Below are positions 48,113 to 56,400 of a stretch of 64,000 nt of DNA, one piece after another. The DNA lies in the NCBI GenBank assembly GCA_037447605.1, contig CM074818.1, forward strand, positions 1,500,617 to 1,564,616. The letters are read 5' to 3'. The position numbers and the translations under genes were made by a program. Under the pieces are notes generated by a model that was not told where the DNA came from, searched no databases, and was given only the letters and a program-made list of their open reading frames with translations. Source of the stretch: Zygnema circumcarinatum SAG 698-1b (lineage: Eukaryota > Plantae > Zygnematophyceae). Positions within the stretch are counted from its first letter, which is position 1; every line of letters starts with the position of its first letter.

Positions 48113-50998
48113 CTAAGGAGCTCTCGCAGGCGGAGGGTTCGGGCGGCGTGGAGGCGGCCGTGCAGGGGGAGGGCCTAGAGGCGGAGGGCGCCGGGAAGGG
48201 GGAGGGAGGGGAGGAGAAGGGCGCGAGGAACGGGGAGGGAGGGGAGGAGGAGGGCGCGAGGAAGGGGGAGGGAGGGGAGGAGGAGGGCGCGAGGAAGGGG
48301 GAGGGAGGGGAGGAGGAGGGCGCGAGGAAGGGGGAGGGAGGGGAGGAGGAGGGCGCGAGGAACGGGGAGGGAGGGGAGGAGGAGGGCGCGAGGAATGGGG
48401 AGGGAGGGGAGGAGGAGGGAGCAAGGAAGGGGGAGGGAGGGTAGGAGGGGGCGAGGAAAGGGGACGGAGGGGAGCAAGAGGGCGAGAGGACGGGGGAGGG
48501 AGGGGCGAAGGAGGGCGAGAGGACGGGGGAGGGAGGGGCGAAGGAGGGCGAGAGGACGGGGGAGGGAGGGGCGAAGGAGGGCGAGAGGACGGGGGAGGGA
48601 GGGGCGAAGGAGGGCGAGAGGACGAGGGAGGGAGGGGCGAAGGAGGGCGCGAGGAAGGGGGAGGGAGGGGAGCAAGAGGGCGAGAGGACGGGGGAGGGAG
48701 GGGCGGAGGATAGCGCGAGGAAGGGGGATGGAGGGGAGGAGGAGGGCTCTGGGAAGGGAGAGGCACAGGCGCTGCACGATCTCAAAGTAAAGTATTAGAG
48801 ATCTATCACAGAGTAAGTCGGCAATGACACAGTTCTGGAGGAAAAGCAGGTTCAAACCATGCGAAGCGCCCTCCTTTGGTAACATCGACTTTTTGATATC
48901 GCACCATCGGAAGCCAGAAAGAAACGATTGAACTTAAGATTTTTTGAAAAATGAAATGCTGGTGTGTTTGAAGGAAGCTGTGCACCAGGTTGAAGAGCAT
49001 CAATTCTTAGTGAGAACATTCCAAGGATGTTGGACGGACTTGGGAATTTTTAAAATTTCAAGCAGGACACGTTTCATGCAAGTCCGTCCACCATAAACTG
49101 GTCCCATGAGCTTGAGATCCCAGTCACGTGTAAGTTTCGAGATGAGGTAACTTACTGGGCCACGAACTCGAAAAGGTCCACGACACAATCGATTGCCTGT
49201 TGGAGTAACCTCCTGTTGCACCAGTGAAGCCAAGGTATGCCGAGTCGACGTTTGCACACGTCCCGCATTTGGACGGTCGAAGAATTGAGCACAAGGACTC
49301 GGTGTAGGTCAAGCGAGGTGACGCAGGCTTCGAATCAGAATCACTCACAAAGATAGACCAGAGGCTATTTTGGCTGTTGTATTCCACCCAAGCGAATTTC
49401 GGAGAGAATTCGTAATCGTAACCGTTGTAGATGTAGTCGGACACAAGTGAAGTAATGCGCGATGTAATGGTAGTGGAGTTGAAATCCCTGAGTATGCCCA
49501 CATGTTCCCCCGGAGGATCCTTAGACTGATCGCTTGGGAATGTGTCAAATTTAACGGCAATTGAGCCCACTATCGGGGAAGCCGTGTAGGTAAACGCAAG
49601 GGTGTAACCATAGTCTGTTCCAAAGCTCGCTAGGTCCACATTGGAGGCAACGACGACAAATGTGAAGCCATCCGCGTTATGTGCAGACGTACTCTCTTCG
49701 ATAACAAACGAAAATTTAGTTTGAAAAGAGGCTGCTTGGCAACCTCCACCCACTTGTCGCGTCAATATGACGGGAGACCAATAAAGTGCTACCCCCGCAT
49801 CTTCTTGTTCATCTTCCGTGAGTACCAAGCTTGCATCAAAATTGTTACTTGATGCATCGCCTTGCACAATGAGTGGACTGCTCAGGTCAAAACTTGAGAA
49901 GGCGAAGGCTGCCGGGGTGGTGAGAGCTGCATCATAAAGTGGCGGAATATCAAGAGTTGTGAATGTGGAATATTCAAAGCGTGCAAATAACGCAAGCACG
50001 GTGAAACGTATAGGCACGTTCACAGGCGTGGTCAGCACTTATAGGAATTTGTGCATCCCATCTGAGTTCAGTCATAAGCTGGCACGGAATTGGTGAAGGA
50101 ACATGTGTGACGTCAAACTTGCTTAATCCACAAACTCAAAAAGCTTTGGTGTTGAACGAACGTTTTTTTGGGTTTTTTGGGTTTTTAGGGTTTTTAGGGT
50201 TTTTAGAACCCTAAAAACCCTAAAAAAAAGAAAAGTACGGAAATTGCTGGTTCAAACGTCAATACGTCATGCACATGTTGCAATTGGAATCCTTGGAAAA
50301 CAGCCAACTATATGTAGAGGAAGGGAGAAGAAACCAAATATTCTTACGGGGATTTGGGGGTGGTGGAGGCGGAGAAGGTGGCGGAGGAGATGGTGAAGGT
50401 GGCCGAGGAGGTAAAGGCGGCCGAGGGGGTGAAGGAGGCGGACGCGGTGAAGGCGGCCGAGGAGGTGGTGGAGGTGGCGGAGGCGATGATGGTGGCCGAG
50501 GACGTGGGAAAGGTGGTGCATCTGCAACAGAAATGAAACTTAATGTAAGATCACAACCATTAAGCAAGCAGCTGCTCGAAGATGTTGAAGATTTCATTGC
50601 TTAGAATAGAAGTTTTTTAGGTCGATTGGGACGTCATGTACGAATGACGAGGGGGTAAGAGAATAGTTCCCCTTACGGCGCGGAGGTGGCGAACGTGGAG
50701 CGGGCGGGGGCGACTTGAGTGCTGCACACGACAAATCGTGGAAGCCGTTTAAAACAAAGGAGAAAATTTAAAAATTTGAGATTTTCCTTTGCGATCATGT
50801 CACCCTGCAGTACTAGCACATGCAAAGAAAATAAGCAGGAAACCATCCGACCGTAACGCACTGCCGTCCGATGCGCTTTCACACGTTTGCTTGTGCCATT
50901 AGTAAGAGAGGGCGGGCGAGAGTCATACGAGCGGAGAGAGCGGCCGCGCCCGCTAACGCAGCGCAGAGCAGGATCGCAATCGCGAGGGTCGTGGCCAT
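48113..50998 (-). CDS. Secreted chimeric protein: signal peptide, Pro-rich (SP/SPPPP extensin-like) region, L-type lectin, Pro-rich repeat tail; 5 exons, 572 aa
   Basis: Exons 50998-50929 (70 nt, [23 protein letters not shown]), 50721-50677 (45), 50521-50348 (174), 49926-49156 (771, lectin: [38 protein letters not shown]) and 48771-48113 (659). All four introns are phase-1 GT-AG, giving a continuous frame of 1719 nt. Confidence 0.85.
48200..48740 (-). repeat. Coding 33-bp tandem repeat (~16 units; [11 protein letters not shown])
   Basis: Period of 33 read directly (units start at 48241 and 48274). Absent from paralogue copy 1. Confidence 0.9.
50172..50228. repeat. Head-to-head telomere-like repeats (TTTTTAGGG)3 / (CCCTAAAAA)2 in an intron of lectin copy 2
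   Basis: Read directly. The related AACCCTAAAAACCCT occurs at 39699-39723 and 59662-59677. Confidence 0.6.
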
Positions 50999-51646
50999 GG
51001 CTGCCTCCCCTTCGCCGGCCTTCCTTCCCTCCCTCCCTGCCTCCCTCCCTCCCTCCCTCCCTCCCTCTCTTCCGCCGCGAGGGGATGGGCCGCCGTCAGA
51101 AGGCTCAGTCAAGGCGGGCGGGCGGGCGGCGGAGATCGCGTCGCGCTCGGCCGTCCGATCGGCAGCGGTGCATCGCGCGGCTCTCCTTCACACCGACATT
51201 TTCTCGTTCGTCGCGAATCTCGCGATGCGCTGCCGCAAAACTCCAAGTCCGTACTCCAGAAAAGATTCCCTGAGCAAAGTATTTTGTCGGACTCTCCGAC
51301 TTCAATATTCGCGTCGTTCATACGATGTACAATTGTACAAATTGGCCGTCATACCGTACATATGGTACGGCGACTTCGAGTACGGCCTTCCCGCAAGCTA
51401 AGCCCGGACAACCGTGCGTGCCACGTGGACCACTCCTTCGCCACCTTGTCAGTGGCCGCTCCAATCAACAGCTGGCGGCCCTTCGACTTTAAGAAGAACC
51501 AGCTGAACTGGCGGTGCTGTTTGTCGTATTAGACTGACCCCAGACGGGGCTGAAGCCATCATTTGTACGAATTGTCGTTTTTTGTTGTACAGTAGACCCC
51601 CCCAGTATTTTCGCCATGGTTTCGGCAAATATTGAAAATACATAAA

Positions 51647-52715
51647 GGAAAATGATACAGCGGCCCCACTTTTTGGATATCGGCGCCCCCTTTTGGGAAA
51701 AATTGTACTTTTTTTTTGGCTAATCACACCCCCCCTTGGATCTTTCGGGAGGAGAGATCTTGTAGACAATCGGACCCCGCGCCTCGCGCGCAGGATCCGA
51801 CCGTGCACCGACGTACGGCGCCGCGCATCGCGGCGTGGCCCGCGAGATGCGGCGAGCCTACGGAAACGTTGTCCTCACCTGACCCGTTTGGGTCAAGGTT
51901 GCCACGTGGCAGTCTGCCATTGGACAGCCCTGCTGCCGGTCCCCCATGCCGATACAGTGGACCCTCATAATATTTTCGCCATGGTTTCGGCAAATACTGG
52001 GCGAAAATATTGTAATTTGCAAATATAAGGTCCGTCTTACCAATAGGCGAGCAGTATTATGTTAGAGTTCATGTCTGTTCGTACGTATCGTATCGTATCG
52101 TATCGTATCGTATCGTATCGTATCGTATCGTACCGTGATTGAGATACACGAGCTCCTATTGGTGCCGTACGTATACCGTACGACTTAGAGATTTTATTCG
52201 TACTTACCGTACAGCGTAAAAGCGTGACCCATGTTTGACATCCGTTTCGATAAACAGATTTTGTATTGGATAATAGGTCAGGTTAGGTTAACACCCCTAG
52301 TACGTTAACATTGAGTTACCGTACAAAAAGGTGGTTTCGGCAAAATCGGGGCGAATTTCTTGGGGACGCACTGTACAAGGTGGAAAATATTATGGGGGTC
52401 CACTGTATCGGCATGGGGGACCGGCAGCAGGGCTGTCCAATGGCAGACTGCCACGTGGCAACCTTGACCCAAACGGGTCAGGTGAGGACAACGTTTCCGT
52501 AGGCTCGCCGCATCTCGCGGGCCACGCCGCGATGCGCGGCGCCGTACGTCGGTTCACAGTCGGATCCTGCGCGCGAGGCGCGGGGTCCGATTGTCTACAA
52601 GATCTCTCCTCCCGAAAGATCCAAGGGGGGGAGTGATTAGCCAAAAAAAAAAGTACAATTTTTTCCCAAAAGGGGGCGCCGATTTCCAAAAAGTGGGGCC
52701 GCTGTATCATTTTCC
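51647..52715. mobile_element. Mutator-like (MULE) non-autonomous element with ~335-bp TIRs, 1069 bp
   Basis: Nearly identical inverted repeats at ~51647-51980 and ~52381-52715, starting GGAAAATGATACAG. 8-bp TSD TACATAAA at 51639-51646 and 52716-52723. Internal (CGTAT)n at 52084-52132; no transposase. Confidence 0.8.
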
Positions 52716-52832
52716 TACATAAAATACAAAATTGCTCTCTTTTGAGTGTGTCGTTTTCCCATGTCTTTTTTTGCTCGCATCGCCCTCTCGAGGGCGATGG
52801 AGTTCATCTTTTTTTTGTCGGTCACTCTCGAC

Positions 52833-53241
52833 TAGGGATGGCCCGAGTTATAAAGTCCGACTATATTATATACTTTACAACGGGTTTAAAGTAGTGATAT
52901 AGTACAAAGTAAAACACTTTATTACATATATTATACCCACCCGTTTTGAACAATTAACGACCGTATGACCGAACTCGTACGGTCGTACGGTCGTACCATA
53001 CCAAAATTAGGTCGTTTTGGCGTTGGCGTTGCGAAATGCGTCCGTCTGGTTCACTCTGTCTTCACCGCATAATACCGTACGACCGTACATGTTGTAAAGG
53101 CGTTGTAAAGTATTATATAACAGCCGTTATTTAGTCGTCACAGTTATATAATATTGTAAAGTATTATATAACAGCCGTTATTTAGTCGTCACAGTTATAT
53201 AATATTATATAGATTATATAGTCGTAATTAAGCCATCCCTA
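52833..53241. mobile_element. hAT-superfamily MITE, 409 bp
   Basis: 10-bp TIR TAGGGATGGC / GCCATCCCTA (Ac/Ds-like TAGGGATG). 8-bp TSD CTCTCGAC at 52825-52832 and 53242-53249. Internal perfect 2x51-bp tandem duplication at 53103-53204. Confidence 0.88.
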
Positions 53242-53447
53242 CTCTCGACAGCGGAACGGTCAACGGTCAGCGGTCAACGGCCCTTCGCAGCCTTCCCGAG
53301 CCGCGGGCTGTACGGTCCGTCCGCCCGCCCTGCCGCCAGTCTCCGCATGTGCCGTGGGCCGCCGTACGGCCAGAACTGGAAGGGAGGCCGGAACGGAACG
53401 GGTTTCATGTGACCGTGTCACTGGGTGGACCATTAGGCCAACCTATT

Positions 53448-56400
53448 TGTTGAAGACATGACTGTCTTCTTATCTTCTATCTCCAACTCAGATCTACCAA
53501 CCTTCATTCAATCAATGGAATTTGCATCCTATGCATACATCATATAAAATGGCATCCTATGCCTTGAATTCAGCAAAGCCGGCGGCAAGACAGAATTACA
53601 ACAGTCGGGTCCCAAAGCCAACTTAAGGAACAATCAAGACGATGGGTTAAGGGCAATCAATCCTAGCCGTCCGATCTACAAATCTCAAGATCAACGGTAT
53701 TTGTTCTATCCTACCAAAACTGGGCCGATGTAACAGGCCGTACAAAATCGTCCGTACTTTCTATCCGTACATAAAATCGTACAACTGAAACTGAGACTAA
53801 ATGACAGTCGAAAAGTGACATTTCCTTCACATTCCCCCTCTGAAATGTTACTTCTCGTTGATGCCGAGCATCTCCGTACAGATTCGCATCCTGACGCCTG
53901 ACAGACCCTTCGTAAGCATGTCTGCCGGCTGCTCTTCCGTTGGAACGAAAATAGGGTTGATTTCCCCATCTTCCACCTGCTCCCTGATATAGTGAAAAGC
54001 GAGTTTAAAGTGTTTGCTCTTCCTGTGATTCACTGGATTCTCCATAATGGCAATAGCAGACTTGTTGTCAATCCGCAAAGGAATCGCCTGCTGCATAATC
54101 CCACATTCTGTGAAGAAAGACTTAAGCCAGTTGGCTTCTCTAGCTGCATCACGAGCAGCAATGTACTCTGCCTCCGTGGTTGATAAGGCGACCGTGTCCT
54201 GGAGTCTTGAACTCCAACTGATGCAGCTTCCTGAACAGGTAAATACCACTCCGGATGTTGACCGTCCAGTATCAAAATCTCCTCCCCAATCTGAATCAGA
54301 ATATCCTTCAACCATAATAGGCCCTCCAAGTTTGTATCGAAGACCGTAGTGCTTAGTTCCTTGCACATAGCGAAAAATTCTCTTGACAGCTTCCCAATGT
54401 GTCCATCCTGGGTCATGCATGTAGCGGCTCACTGAGCTAACGGCTTTAGCTAAATCTGGTCTTGTACCTGTCATAAGGTACATAAGGCTTCCAACAGCCT
54501 GCCTGTAGGGGACATTGCGCATCTTCTTCCTGTCCTGCTCTGTCTTTGGAGATTGCTCTGTAGATAGCTTAACAGCTGGGTCAATAGGCGTGGGTGATGT
54601 CTTCACATCAGCGAATCCAAATTTCTCTAAGATGTCGTTTGCATAGGTCTCTTGAGTTAGTGAGATTTCTCCCTGCGACCCCCTCTGAATCTGAATCCCG
54701 AGTAGAAATTGAGCTTCTCCAACAAGTTGCATTTTGAAATTCTCCATCAAAATCTCCTTGAATGCATTGATGCTGTCCATTGAAGCACTAACGATAATCA
54801 AATCATCCACATAAATTCCAACGTACATTCTTTCTGTTCCTTCTCCACGCATGTAGACTGACTGATCATTCTCGAATCTGATGAACTTGTGTGACTTCAT
54901 GACTTCATTGATTTTCTGATACCAGGCCCTGGGTGCTTGCTTGAGACCATAAAGGGTCCTGTTCAGATGACATACCAGATTCTCCTTTCCAGCCCGAATT
55001 GTCCCTTCTGGCTGCTCCATGAAGATGTCTTCTTGCAACTCTCCATTCAAAAATGCTGTCTTCACATCCATTTGCTGAATGTGCATCTTCTCCGCGGCTG
55101 CAATAGCAATCAAGCTCCTCAAGGAATTGTATTTCACTACAGGGGCAAACGTTTCTTGGTAGTCAATCCCATATTCCTGTGAATATCCCTTCGCAACTAG
55201 TCGTGCCTTGTATCTCTCAATGGATCCGTCTGCCTTCCTCTTGATTTTGAATGTCCATTTGCATCCAATTGCAGTTCTTCTTGAGGGTAGGGGCTGCAAG
55301 CTCCACGTTTTGTTCTCTCTCAAACTCTTCAATTCTTCATTGATTGCCTGCTTCCATTTTTCTGCGTCTGGACCTGAGATTGCTTCTTGGTAAGTCTCAG
55401 GCTCTCCAATCCTAGCTCTTGAACAAGCAGCGATGAAAATTAGGTCTTCTGAATCTGTCGGAATGCGAACATTGAGTGCAGTGGCCCTTCTAAAATTTCT
55501 CGGACGCTCTTCTTCAGTCCTTCTTGGTTCTGCACTGCGATTTGCAATTCTCTGACTTCTCCTTAACAAGGGTTCTGGAATCTGTGATGCAGATCTGCCG
55601 CTCTCTGTCGTGGGTGATGAAATTTCAGATCCGTCCAAGTTCACCTCCGGTCTTGCTCTTGCGTCTCTCTCAATGCTGCAATCAGGTTCTTCAACATCTC
55701 TTGGGCTTGGCGGTGTTGAGTTGTCCGTTTCTGAACTATCTCCTCCTGCGTCAATGTAAATCTCCTCTCTCTCCTTGATCTTCAGGTCTTGGACTCTCTG
55801 ATTTTTCTGCATCTCTCTCTCCAAGACTACAACATCTCTGCTCTTGATCACTTTCTCCCTCTCTGGATCATAAACTCTGTATGTCAAACTGTCACCATCA
55901 TATCCTACCAGGAATCCTTTTGAGCCAGTCGGTTCAAACTTTCCTCCTCTCTTGACTTTCGGAATGTTGACAATGCACGGTGATCCCCAAACTTTTATGT
56001 GCTTCACATTTGGTTTGACTCCAGTCCACAAATTTTGAGGCACATACTTGAACTCGAGTGTGGCAGTGGGGGACCTATTACGGATGTATGCTGCGGCTGT
56101 AATTGCTTCTGCCCAAAAACTGACGTCCAATGTTGAATCTTCAATCATAGACCGAGCCATCTCTGTCAAAGTCCTGTTTAATCTCTCCGCTGCACCATTA
56201 CTTTGAGGACAATAAGGTGCAGTAAACTGATGATGGATCCCTGTTGCTTTGCAATGCTCTAAGAAAGCTGCAGAGACATATTCCCCTCCATTATCTGTCC
56301 GCAAGAATGCAATTTTCTCTCTTGTCTCAACTTCAACTTGTTTCTGCCATGTTTGAAACACTCCAAGTACTTCTGACTTCCTCTTTATTGGGAATACCCA

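Larger units (their letters stand above)
47438..51331. repeat. Tandem segmental duplication, block B (paralogous to 43024-46150)
   Basis: See block A. Block B has two extra Pro-rich exons and an expanded 33-bp repeat, and lacks the solo LTR. Confidence 0.9.

Noticed and set aside
47922-48885. Alternative long ORFs (287, 236, 131 and 98 aa) over the 33-bp repeat
   Set aside because: Only the 48113 frame is compatible with the phase-1 splice from the lectin exon and shares its C-terminus with the paralogue.
44229-49003. Conserved open frame (MMLFNL...PPELCHC) in the last intron of both lectin copies
   Set aside because: It is explained by the duplication itself; no convincing splice sites or domain were found.
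52778-52799. 10-bp-stem palindrome CATCGCCCTC-TC-GAGGGCGATG as a Helitron 3' hairpin
   Set aside because: There is no CTRR end at the expected distance on either strand.
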